The notes beneath the pieces are model-generated. The model had not been told where the DNA came from. It worked only from the letters and a program-made list of their open reading frames with translations, and ran no database searches. Position numbers and translations under genes: made by a program. DNA of 63,898 bases, counting the filler. It is 6 parts of 6 records of this genome, joined end to end, with 100 filler letters (N's around TTAATTAATTAA, not from the genome) between each part and the next. Parts side by side here need not be neighbours in the genome. Positions count along the whole stretch, not along the records: positions 9,557 to 39,959 come from SRR20825010_3318; 5 more parts are not named here. The stretch is one strand, 5' to 3'. Below, one piece after another: positions 19,367-28,739 of the stretch (the stretch's first letter is position 1; each line of letters starts with the position of its first letter).

Positions 19367-22300
19367 TAATCGCGAGATGGACGGCGACGCGGGGAGTCAT
19401 TGTTGTCGCGCCGACGATCATCTGAATTTGAATTGCGATCCCGTGACGGACGCGTATCGGATTCAACTCCCAAAGCCGCCAGGGCTCGCTGGACGGCCTC
19501 GGCCGAGACGCCTCCGCTGAGATTGATGATCTCAACGTCGCCTCCCGGTTTCGCGGCAACGTCCAACTTGTCGACCATCTCAGCGATCAAGTCAAGCAGC
19601 GACTCGCCTTCGGCACTGATTAACAACGTGTTGCCGACTTCGTCGACACCCATGGAAAGCTTGCCGTTGAAGGAGAAATCCTGTCCGCCACCATCCTTTC
19701 CGCTCTCGCTGTCTTCCAATCCGCTTCCGCTCTCACGGTTACTAGCATTTTGAGCTCCCCCCCGTTTGCCGCCTCCACCAGCTTGAAATGCCTTGTCGTT
19801 GCTGCTGAGCAAATCGCGATAAGCGTCCTTGACCGTCTCTGCAATTTTCGCGGCGTTGCCGTATTGGATATGAACCAGCTTCGTGTAACGGACCCTTCGC
19901 GGATTGACTGTTTCGGGAACATCCCACAAACGGATGAGTTCTTCGATGGTTTGCAATTGTTGACCCGTCGCGCCACTGACGATCAGGGTGCCGGTATCGG
20001 AGTTGGGAAGGAATTTCAATTTCCCCGCCGCATCCAGGCCTTTCGGGCCTTTGTCATCCGAGTCTCCGCTACCGAAGATGTAGCGGTAGAACCGATCCGA
20101 ATCATCTTCTTCGTCTTCTTCGTCCTCCTCGAAGTAGTCTTCCAGATCGTCTGCAATGAAGACAACGGAGGCATAGCGGATACGAAAGACATGATACGGA
20201 CGACGTGGTGGCGAAACCTGCAGCATCAAGTCCTCCAGTTGATCCAAAGCATCGGTGTCGTCACTGCGGAGTACTAAATTGCCCGCCGCGTCCAACTTGA
20301 TTTCGATCTTCGGCTTGGATGATTCCGGTACCGTTGCAGCAGTCGTGGTTGCTTTGGTGCTGGTTGGCGTCGAAGAAGGTGGATCACTGGCGGCGGCTTC
20401 CGATGATGTGTGGTCGGTTTGGCCGTCGTTCGTCATAGCGTTGACCCAAGTCAGCTTCTCAGCGGATTGTTCGACACGAGTCAGTTCGGTTTCCGGTGGC
20501 AAGATTACCGCTGGAGCCTCCTCGGTCTCTTCCGTTGAATCTTTGTCTTCGGTTTCCGTCTCCTTTTCTTTCCGCTCCTCGCCAATCGCATCGATCGGAT
20601 CTTTGAATTCGTCAGCATCCGGTAGCACCAATTCAGTCCCGGAAAGCTGTTGCCAGCGTCGCTGCAAACGTTGAAGGTACTCGAGCGTTTCGGGAGTGGC
20701 GGATGCTTCGATGATTCGCATCGTTCGTTCGCTACCGCCGGGCGGTGGAAGTTCACCGAGTTTGATCAGCAGTGAGCGGACCTCTTCCATTTCGGTTTCG
20801 TTGGCCCACATCAAGACTTGGCGGTAGGCGACGTTGGCGGTGACTCGGAATTTGTCCTTTTCCTTTTCATCGTCATCGTTGCTGCCACCCCATCCGTAGT
20901 AGCTGTATCGCGAACGGGAGTTGCTGTCGTCTTCTTCGGGTTCTTGTCCCATTAGGAATGAAATGGACTCCGCGACTTCGGCCGCTCCAAGACGCCGTAA
21001 TTGCAGGACTTCCAAGCGGCGTTTGCCGCCATCGAGTCGTTCGATTAGCGATTTGATGATGAAGCGATCCGCGGCAGATCCGGAAACGATGACCGCGGAG
21101 TTGTCCTTGTCAACGCGAATTCGTGTGGTGGGTTCGAGCACGTTCATCTCTTGAGCGATCTCGATTAGCTTTTCAGGATCCAGCGATACCAACCGAAACA
21201 CGTCCACTCGCGATGTTGCATCGGTGAGGCTGCGGAGTGAGCCACCGGGCACATCAATTCGTTTGATGAACTCAGCGGCAATGGCAACTCGATCGAGCGG
21301 AGCACGAACGAGCACGGAGTTCTGACGCGTGTTCGCAACAATGGAGATTTCTACATCGCCTTTTGTGTCACCACCCTTGTTGCCCTGCTGCTGTTGCATC
21401 TGCTGCATTCGCTGCATCATTTGCATTTGCTGTTGAGACATCGGGGCGGAGTCCTTTTTCTCCACGCCGAGAAATTGCTCCAGCATGCTTTTGGCTTCTT
21501 CGGCTGGGATGTGTCGCAACCGGAACTCTGGCGCCAATGCGTCTCGGCTGGCTGCATCGCGTTCTTCGGCGAGCAGGTGAGCGACTTGCCGCAGGTTCAC
21601 TGCCACGTCCATCACTTCGATGCGATTGGTGGTTGCCAACGGGATCATCTTTCCCGCGCTGCTGAGCATCGCTTTGAGTTCTTCAGAGAGTTTCTCTGCG
21701 GACAGCCATCCCGCGTCGAGCATCGTGCGAACGTAGCGGTGGTCTTCGAGTTCATCCAGTTCGCTGACGCTGACCCGTCGCACCATGCCCGGATTGACGG
21801 CGTCGGTTTTCACGATTGCGATTCCGCCATCCAGGTCCAACATGGTGTAGCCGCGGGCCAGCAGGTGGCGGTTCATCAAGTCGGCTGTTTCGGCAACGGT
21901 CAACCGATCGGGGCTGATCAAGTTGACGGTGTCGCCGGGTAGTTCTTGCCAGTCGATGGGTTGTTCGGAGATGTCCGACAACCAACGCACCAAATCGGTC
22001 CATCCTTGATTGCGGAATCGGAAACCAACTTTGCCGTCTTCGCCGACGGTTGCCTTCAACTCACTCGGGTCGGATGATTTGGCTTCGATGCTGTCACGGC
22101 GGATGACTTTGGGAGCGGCTGATTCGGGCGGTTTGCCCTCGGCGTCTTTCTTTTCGCCTTCCTTCTCGTTTGGCTTGCCCTCGGGTGGTGGGGCACCGGG
22201 CGGACGTCCATCCGGTCCTGGCGATGGCACGCTCGCGGTGATCGTCTTTCCATCAGCGGTTCGGACAACCGTGGTTCTCTGAGCCGACGCGGGCAACGAA

Positions 22301-22404
22301 AAAGTTGCTAGCAAGAGTGCCGCAACTGCCAGGCGAGACGCTGGAAGTCGGAGACACAATTGACCGGCGAACCTAGATGCCACGTGTGAGATTGGAAGCA
22401 GCAC
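19366..22404 (-). CDS. Secretin N-terminal-domain repeat protein (GspD N0 plus multiple NolW-like domains), no recognisable secretin barrel
   Basis: Signal peptide (LPASA-Q), N0-like FRFRNQGWTDLVRWL, and repeats such as NTRQNSVLVRA, DKDNSAVIVSG, NSDTGTLIVSG and DEVGNTLLISA. TAATG overlap with the MMPL gene. Confidence 0.8.
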   Translation of the reverse strand: MLLPISHVASRFAGQLCLRLPASRLAVAALLLATFSLPASAQRTTVVRTADGKTITASVPSPGPDGRPPGAPPPEGKPNEKEGEKKDAEGKPPESAAPKVIRRDSIEAKSSDPSELKATVGEDGKVGFRFRNQGWTDLVRWLSDISEQPIDWQELPGDTVNLISPDRLTVAETADLMNRHLLARGYTMLDLDGGIAIVKTDAVNPGMVRRVSVSELDELEDHRYVRTMLDAGWLSAEKLSEELKAMLSSAGKMIPLATTNRIEVMDVAVNLRQVAHLLAEERDAASRDALAPEFRLRHIPAEEAKSMLEQFLGVEKKDSAPMSQQQMQMMQRMQQMQQQQGNKGGDTKGDVEISIVANTRQNSVLVRAPLDRVAIAAEFIKRIDVPGGSLRSLTDATSRVDVFRLVSLDPEKLIEIAQEMNVLEPTTRIRVDKDNSAVIVSGSAADRFIIKSLIERLDGGKRRLEVLQLRRLGAAEVAESISFLMGQEPEEDDSNSRSRYSYYGWGGSNDDDEKEKDKFRVTANVAYRQVLMWANETEMEEVRSLLIKLGELPPPGGSERTMRIIEASATPETLEYLQRLQRRWQQLSGTELVLPDADEFKDPIDAIGEERKEKETETEDKDSTEETEEAPAVILPPETELTRVEQSAEKLTWVNAMTNDGQTDHTSSEAAASDPPSSTPTSTKATTTAATVPESSKPKIEIKLDAAGNLVLRSDDTDALDQLEDLMLQVSPPRRPYHVFRIRYASVVFIADDLEDYFEEDEEDEEDDSDRFYRYIFGSGDSDDKGPKGLDAAGKLKFLPNSDTGTLIVSGATGQQLQTIEELIRLWDVPETVNPRRVRYTKLVHIQYGNAAKIAETVKDAYRDLLSSNDKAFQAGGGGKRGGAQNASNRESGSGLEDSESGKDGGGQDFSFNGKLSMGVDEVGNTLLISAEGESLLDLIAEMVDKLDVAAKPGGDVEIINLSGGVSAEAVQRALAALGVESDTRPSRDRNSNSDDRRRDNNDSPRRRPSRD

Positions 22405-22919
22405 AAATGCGCTCGTGGAAAGAGAAGAGGGGGGATTTGAGCGACGTCATGCGAAGTTGACGGCGGATGAAGAACCCGCATAGGCATTATGGACCAACCC
22501 CTCCATCAATACAACGAAAACACCCCCAGAGAGCCAAATCGGTTCTCTCGACTCGCGAAAAGCGGATTGTTACCTTTGGGGGAACGATGATTGCAGTGCT
22601 GGGCCAATCGTTTTTTCGATCCGATTTGGCCACGTCCAATCTCTGGGAACGAGGCGTTCCCGGGTGGCGGTTGGGCTGCAACGTTCGCTTCGCGCTGGAT
22701 TCGTGGACGATGAACAATTCGGCGTTTGGTGCACTACAGTATGCGTATTGCACTGCATCCGATGATCGCCGTCGCATTGTCCCGCGAAAAGTTGCCGTTG
22801 AGGCTGCTTTAAATTCGAACAGGGCGAGTGTTTTCGCCAGACAGACATTGTCAGAATGAGTGTCGAGCACCGCTCGGTCGATTTTCTTCCTTCACCAAAC
22901 AAACGCAAAGTAGTTTTCA

Positions 22920-24128
22920 ATGACCCGCTTTTTTTCGCTTCCTGTCGCGTGGACACGTAAGACTCTGCTAGGTGCCGCCTGCGGAGTTGCATTTTTGACC
23001 GGTGGCGTTGCGGCTCAAGCCGAACCGACGTTGACCGTGGGATCGAAAGCACCTTCGCTCGATATCGAGCACTACATCCACGAAGACCTCGGAAAATTCG
23101 GTCCGGTCACCGATTTCGAAGATGGCAAAATCTACGTGGTCGAGTTTTGGGCAACGTGGTGTGGTCCGTGCATCCAAAGCATGCCGCACCTGGTCGAATT
23201 GCAAGAACGACATCGCGAAAATGGCGTTCAGATCGTCAGCATCTCGGATGAAGATCTAGAAACCGTCGAAGGCATTCTGGAACGTGACTACCCAGGCAAA
23301 GAAGGTGTCACATTCGCGGAACTGACATCGGCTTACACATTGACAGTCGATCCCGACGGTTCGTCGACCGATGACTACATGCGTGCCGCCAATCAGAACG
23401 GCATCCCCGCCGCGTTTTTGGTCGGCAAGACCGGTTTGATTGAGTGGATCGGACACCCGATGAGTCTCGACGAGCCGTTGGAACAAGTCATCGAAGGAAC
23501 ATGGGACCGCGAAGCTTTCAAAGAAGAAATGGCTCGCCAGCAACGCTTGGAAGAAGCGATGCAAAAGGTCAATCGTATGGCCGGTGAAGGAAACTTTGAG
23601 GATGCCATCAAGGTCATCGACAAGGTTTTGGAAGAGTTCGAGGGTGTGGATGACGAAATGGGGCAGTCGGTTCGTGAGCAACTGACTCAGTTCAAATACG
23701 GTCTGCGTTTGGACTCGGGCGATCTATCCGAAGACGTGATGACGTATTTCCGTGGCCAACTGAAGGAAGCGAAGGGCAACCCACAGGCCATGGCTCAGTT
23801 CTCCTACGGGTTGATGTCATCGATCCAACAAGGAGCCAAGGTTGGCAAGTTGGCGGATGAAACGCTGGTTGCACTCAACGCTGAAATCGAAGGAGCCGAT
23901 CCCCAGATTCAGCCTTTGATGCACGTTCTGGTTGCTCAAATGAACGCATCGTTGGAACGATTCGATGCGGCGATCGAGGCACAGAAGAAAGCCATCGAGA
24001 AATCCGAAGGTCGGCAAAAAGAACGCATGGAAGGCATGCTCGAAGAACTGGAAGAGCTGGCCGACGTGGACTCGACCACCAAAAAGTCCGACGATGAAAA
24101 GGAAGACTCGTCGGAAGAAGGTGAGTGA
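22920..24128 (+). CDS. TlpA-like thiol-disulfide redoxin with helical C-terminal region
   Basis: Signal peptide (AQA-E); EFWATWCGPC and GIPAAF motifs. Confidence 0.9.
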   Translation: MTRFFSLPVAWTRKTLLGAACGVAFLTGGVAAQAEPTLTVGSKAPSLDIEHYIHEDLGKFGPVTDFEDGKIYVVEFWATWCGPCIQSMPHLVELQERHRENGVQIVSISDEDLETVEGILERDYPGKEGVTFAELTSAYTLTVDPDGSSTDDYMRAANQNGIPAAFLVGKTGLIEWIGHPMSLDEPLEQVIEGTWDREAFKEEMARQQRLEEAMQKVNRMAGEGNFEDAIKVIDKVLEEFEGVDDEMGQSVREQLTQFKYGLRLDSGDLSEDVMTYFRGQLKEAKGNPQAMAQFSYGLMSSIQQGAKVGKLADETLVALNAEIEGADPQIQPLMHVLVAQMNASLERFDAAIEAQKKAIEKSEGRQKERMEGMLEELEELADVDSTTKKSDDEKEDSSEEGE

Positions 24129-25648
24129 TCCAGCCACAGGCGGACAACCCCGATCAACCCTCTCGCTTGCGGTTGTCGGTAATCAGTAAACGGTTTGGCT
24201 CCACCCAAGCTTTGTCGAATGTTTCGATGGAAGTGGAAGGTGGCCAAGCCATCGCGGTTATCGGTGAAAACGGTGCCGGCAAAAGTACTTTGATGAAGGT
24301 GCTGGCCGGGATCGTCTCGCCGGACCAGGGTCAAATTGAATTGGACGGTCAAGTCCTTTCCTGGTCCGGACCGCGCGACGCGATTGATGCCGGGATCGCG
24401 TTGATTCATCAAGAGCTGAACCTGCACGACAACCTGAGCGTTGCCGAGAATTTGTTTCTCGGCCGTGAGCCCTCCCGATTTGGTTTGCTCGATCGGGCGG
24501 AGTTACGACGCACGGCGTCATCATGGCTGGATCGAGTTGGTTTGTCGGTGTCCCCGGATGCTCCCGTCGGGCCACTTCCCATTGCGTCCAAGCAATTGAT
24601 CGAGATCGCGCGAGCTTTGTCGACCGATGCACGCGTGGTCATCATGGACGAACCGACCAGCAGTCTGAGCGAAGAGGAATCGCTGCGGTTGTTCGAGTTG
24701 ATCGAACGGCTTCGCGAAGAAGGTGTTGCGATTCTCTATATCTCGCACCGCTTGCACGAAATCATTCGCTTGGCCGATCGAGTGGAAGTGCTGCGGGATG
24801 GTGAGCATGTCGAAACGTTGACGAAAGGCAATATCACGCATGATTCGATGGTTCGTGCGATGGTGGGGCGTGATCTGACGCGTCGTTCTCACGAAACCGC
24901 GAAAGAGTGTCTTGAGCCTCGACTGACCGTGTCGGGTTTGAGGGTCGGATCCCGCGCCGCACCTCCGGTTGATTTGCAGGTGCTCGGTGGCGAAGTGGTC
25001 GCCTTGGTTGGATTGGTCGGTGCAGGGCGAACCGAGATCGTAGAAACGATCTTCGGCGTCCGCGAACGGTTCGGTGGCGAGATCTTGATTGACTCCGAGC
25101 CGCTCAAAGGCGGTGTCGACTCCGCGATCGCAGCCGGATTGGCGTTGGTACCGGAAGACCGCAAGCGGACTGGGCTGTTGATCCAATCGAGTGTTCGTGA
25201 CAACGCGACCATTGTTTCGATGACGCGGGACGGAGTGTTTCGCAATCGCAAAACGGAACGTGCGACGGCCGCAGAATTGATCGACCGGCTGCGAGTGAAG
25301 ACTGCTTCGCAAGAAATTGAGATTGCTTCTTTGTCCGGTGGAAACCAGCAAAAGGTGGCCTTGGCGAAGTGGTTGGCCGGTGACGTGAAGGTCTTGATGC
25401 TCGATGAGCCAACACGAGGCGTCGACATTGGCGCAAAATCTGAGATCTACGAAGTGATCGATCAGCTGGCGAGCCAAGGCATGGGTGTGTTGGTGGTCAG
25501 CAGTGAAATGGAAGAAGTCTTTGCGATCGCCGATCGGGTGATTGTCATTTCCGATGGTTGTGTCGCGGGTGAATTGACAAGATCGGAATTGACCGAAGAG
25601 GCGATCATGCGTCTCGCGGTGGCAAAGGGCGAACCTGCCCAAGGTTGA
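24125..25648 (+). CDS. Sugar ABC transporter ATP-binding protein (RbsA-like, two domains)
   Basis: GENGAGKST, MDEPT, YISHRL, LSGGNQQK and DEPTRGVDIGAK motifs; GTGA overlap with the redoxin gene. Confidence 0.95.
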   Translation: MIQPQADNPDQPSRLRLSVISKRFGSTQALSNVSMEVEGGQAIAVIGENGAGKSTLMKVLAGIVSPDQGQIELDGQVLSWSGPRDAIDAGIALIHQELNLHDNLSVAENLFLGREPSRFGLLDRAELRRTASSWLDRVGLSVSPDAPVGPLPIASKQLIEIARALSTDARVVIMDEPTSSLSEEESLRLFELIERLREEGVAILYISHRLHEIIRLADRVEVLRDGEHVETLTKGNITHDSMVRAMVGRDLTRRSHETAKECLEPRLTVSGLRVGSRAAPPVDLQVLGGEVVALVGLVGAGRTEIVETIFGVRERFGGEILIDSEPLKGGVDSAIAAGLALVPEDRKRTGLLIQSSVRDNATIVSMTRDGVFRNRKTERATAAELIDRLRVKTASQEIEIASLSGGNQQKVALAKWLAGDVKVLMLDEPTRGVDIGAKSEIYEVIDQLASQGMGVLVVSSEMEEVFAIADRVIVISDGCVAGELTRSELTEEAIMRLAVAKGEPAQG

Positions 25649-26940
25649 ATAGAATGCGTGGCAAGAATTTTGGCATCTTCGCGTTGTTGATCGCGATTGT
25701 GGTGATCGCGACTTGGTTGGAAGGCAACTTTGTCGCCGCGGCTAATTTGAAGACGCTGATCCGCGACACCAGTTTGTACGGATTGATTTCGATTGGCGTC
25801 GCCATGGTGATCATCACCGGCGGAATTGATCTGTCGATCGGTTCGTTGATTGCGTTGTGCGGTGTGATGATGGTTCAAGTCATCGATGTGCGCTACGAAA
25901 GATACGATGCAATTGGAAGCATCGCCGCGATCGAACGCCCGGACGAAGGTGACACGCGAATTCGCATTGATACTGGGATTGATCCGGTTCGAGCGGGTGA
26001 CCGGATGGTTTACGCGGGCGCGCTCAATGAATCGAAGGTCTATCTCACCGGCCAAGTCGAAGAAGACGGCAATGTTTGGCTGACGACCGGCAACCCGGCA
26101 CGCTCGTTGCAAACGGGCACGGAAGTCTCTCTGGAACGCATCCGCTATACCAATCCGTTGCTCGCGTGCGGTTTGGTGTTGTTGGCCGGTGCGTTCATCG
26201 GTGCGTTGCATGGCTTGCTTGTTACTCGTGCCCACCTGCAACCGTTTGTGGTGACGCTTTGCGGATTGTTGGTCTATCGCGGTTTGGCTCGAGTTTGGAC
26301 CGGTGATGATCAAGTTGGGTTGGGCAGCGCGTTGGCCGATTTTAAAGCGACGGTAACGGGCAACGTTTTTGAATTTCCGCTGCCATTGGTCGCGAAGCTA
26401 TCCGGTGCGTCGGAGTCTTGGTCTGAATGGACTTGGATTGCGTTCCCCTTCACCGGTGTGTTGTTGATCATCGTGGCGTTTGCAGCCTGGGTCTTCTTGG
26501 AACACAGCGTGGCCGGACGGCATTTGTTGGCCGTCGGTGAGAACGAAGAAGCGGCTCGTTTCAGCGGCATTCGTACCGAACGGCTGATCGTGATGGCGTA
26601 TATCGTCAGCGGTTTACTGGCTGCACTGGCGGGAATTCTTTTCCTGTTGGAATGGAACTCCGTGCAACCCGGATCGAGTGGCAACTTCTATGAGCTCTAC
26701 GCAATCGCGGCAGCGGTCCTTGGCGGGTGCTCACTTCGTGGCGGCCGGGGGGCGGTCTTTGGTGTGATTGCGGGTGCCGCGGTGATGCGATGCCTGTACA
26801 AAGCCATCGTGGTGTTGGGCATCGAGCAGCAATGGGAGATGGTCATCATCGGCGGAGCATTGCTGGCAAGCGTGCTGTTCGATGAGATCTGGCGGCGTTA
26901 CCAGTTATGGAAGTCGGCCAAGTCGGTGGCCACCAACTAG
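25645..26940 (+). CDS. Sugar ABC transporter permease (RbsC-like) with an extra soluble insert
   Basis: GGIDLSIGS, PFVVTL, GENEEAARFSGI and YELYAIAAAVLGG motifs. Alternative ATG at 25654. Confidence 0.92.
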   Translation: MNRMRGKNFGIFALLIAIVVIATWLEGNFVAAANLKTLIRDTSLYGLISIGVAMVIITGGIDLSIGSLIALCGVMMVQVIDVRYERYDAIGSIAAIERPDEGDTRIRIDTGIDPVRAGDRMVYAGALNESKVYLTGQVEEDGNVWLTTGNPARSLQTGTEVSLERIRYTNPLLACGLVLLAGAFIGALHGLLVTRAHLQPFVVTLCGLLVYRGLARVWTGDDQVGLGSALADFKATVTGNVFEFPLPLVAKLSGASESWSEWTWIAFPFTGVLLIIVAFAAWVFLEHSVAGRHLLAVGENEEAARFSGIRTERLIVMAYIVSGLLAALAGILFLLEWNSVQPGSSGNFYELYAIAAAVLGGCSLRGGRGAVFGVIAGAAVMRCLYKAIVVLGIEQQWEMVIIGGALLASVLFDEIWRRYQLWKSAKSVATN

Positions 26941-26982
26941 ACCGCGGTGAGCCCTAAGATCAAGTTGACGTGAGCCTGACGA

Positions 26983-28326
26983 TCAGGGTTGGAACGTCAA
27001 CGTGACTTCCGTGCGATAGCGTTTGCCATCCCGAAGGATCACCATCGAGATCGGTCGTTGATCGGGCTGGGCCATGCCAGCCAGTGCGACCAGGTGATCG
27101 TCGTCTTCGACGTTGATGGAATCGAATTGCAGGATGATGTCGCCTCGTTGCAGATGGGCCAGTTCGGCTGGCGAACCGGGGCGAATGTCCTTCACGCGAG
27201 CTCCACCCAATTTGATTTCTTCTTGCGAACCAAATCGCGAATCGAAGTCGGGTGTGATTTTCATGGAAGCGTAAATGCCCGATGCTGGAGACAGATCCGC
27301 AGCGGCAAAATTGGGGTCCAGCGTCACGCCGAGGTACCCGCGACGCAGGCGCCCATGAACGATTAGTTCCTCCGCGACGCGAGCGGCCATGTTGATCGGA
27401 ATTGCGAATCCAATGCCTTCGCTGCCACCGCTGCTGCTGGCAATCGCGGTATTCAAAGCAATCACTTCGCCGCGAAGGTTCAACAACGGGCCACCGCTGT
27501 TGCCGGGATTGATTGCGGCGTCGGTTTGGAAGAAATCCTGCAGGTCAATTCGTTCTTCACCCAGCGACAAGTCACGGCGACCCTTTGCACTCAGGATGCC
27601 AAACGTGACCGAGTGACTGAGACCGAAAGGGCTGCCGATCGCGATGACGAAATCGCCGATCTGGACTTCGTCGCTGTTGGCCAACCGTGCGGCTGGTGGC
27701 ATCCTGGCAAACGAACTGGTTCCACGACGGATCGAGTCTCGCTCGGCCGATTCGATTCCCGCGATGGACGGCGACAGTTTCATGACGGCAACGTCAGTGT
27801 TGGGGTCCATCAAAATCTTTTCCGGGACCCAACGTCGACCGTCGCTGGTACGCATCACGATTTGATTGGATGCGGCACCCTTGATGACATGACGGTTGGT
27901 CAAAACCCAAGACTCACCCGCGACATCGAGAACGACACCACTGCCGGCTTCATCAAACGACTCGGCCGTCGCACCACTGCCTTGCGTTTTGTGAGCTTCG
28001 ATATGAATCACGCTGGGTTTGACCAAGTGGCTGACCCGGCGGACCAGATTGCCTAACCGGTCGAAGTGTTCAAACTCCTCGGCCAGATCGTCGAACAAGC
28101 GATCTCGCGCCACGTCGACTTGGTCCGGCGTCGGCATCATCGTGCCGGACCGGGGACCTTCCAAGCGAGAGCCACCGCTGACGATGTCACGGTCCGTGGC
28201 TACCCGCATGCTTTTGCGTGGCCCGTTGTCTTGGGCTGATACCAGCGGGCTATGGTGAACTCCAGACAACAATGCCAGCAGCGCTAGGGTCGCTGTTTGG
28301 ATGGTTGTTCTGAAGGAAAGACTCAT
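26983..28326 (-). CDS. HtrA/DegP-like serine protease with one PDZ domain
   Basis: TNRHV, TDVAV, QTDAAINPGNSGGPL and RGYLGV motifs; signal peptide after ATG 28326. Confidence 0.93.
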   Translation of the reverse strand: MSLSFRTTIQTATLALLALLSGVHHSPLVSAQDNGPRKSMRVATDRDIVSGGSRLEGPRSGTMMPTPDQVDVARDRLFDDLAEEFEHFDRLGNLVRRVSHLVKPSVIHIEAHKTQGSGATAESFDEAGSGVVLDVAGESWVLTNRHVIKGAASNQIVMRTSDGRRWVPEKILMDPNTDVAVMKLSPSIAGIESAERDSIRRGTSSFARMPPAARLANSDEVQIGDFVIAIGSPFGLSHSVTFGILSAKGRRDLSLGEERIDLQDFFQTDAAINPGNSGGPLLNLRGEVIALNTAIASSSGGSEGIGFAIPINMAARVAEELIVHGRLRRGYLGVTLDPNFAAADLSPASGIYASMKITPDFDSRFGSQEEIKLGGARVKDIRPGSPAELAHLQRGDIILQFDSINVEDDDHLVALAGMAQPDQRPISMVILRDGKRYRTEVTLTFQP

Positions 28327-28739
28327 CGAAGTTCCATCCGCGATTGGGAAGTGTTTGCCGGAAATTGGCATACGACTGCATTCGTCACGTTGGAGATTGA
28401 TCACGTTGGCGAACGTCCGGACGCGGGAGTTGAACGATGAGGAACGGGGGTGCCCCGGACACAAAACGATCGAAGGGACGATCGGAAATGCGGGGCGATT
28501 CTACGCATCGTCCAAGTCGCGGGACCAGCTTTTGTTTGCCAGCGGGGTGACGCATAACTGCCAGAAACCGACCAATCCGAACGTGAATCTGAGGGATTTC
28601 GCTCAATCCGAGCGCCGAATGGTAATGATTGTTCCGGTCTTTTGGGTTAAAGGGGTGTTCTGTGTTGTTTGGCGGGGGGCTGACATTTATTCTGAGGGCA
28701 ATTATCTGGTCCCTTGATTAGGGGATTCATCGCACGCGA

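Noticed and set aside
22405-22919. Short ORFs or an ncRNA in the 515-nt divergent intergenic region
   Set aside because: The overlapping ORFs have no motifs or RBS, and I see no recognisable RNA structure.
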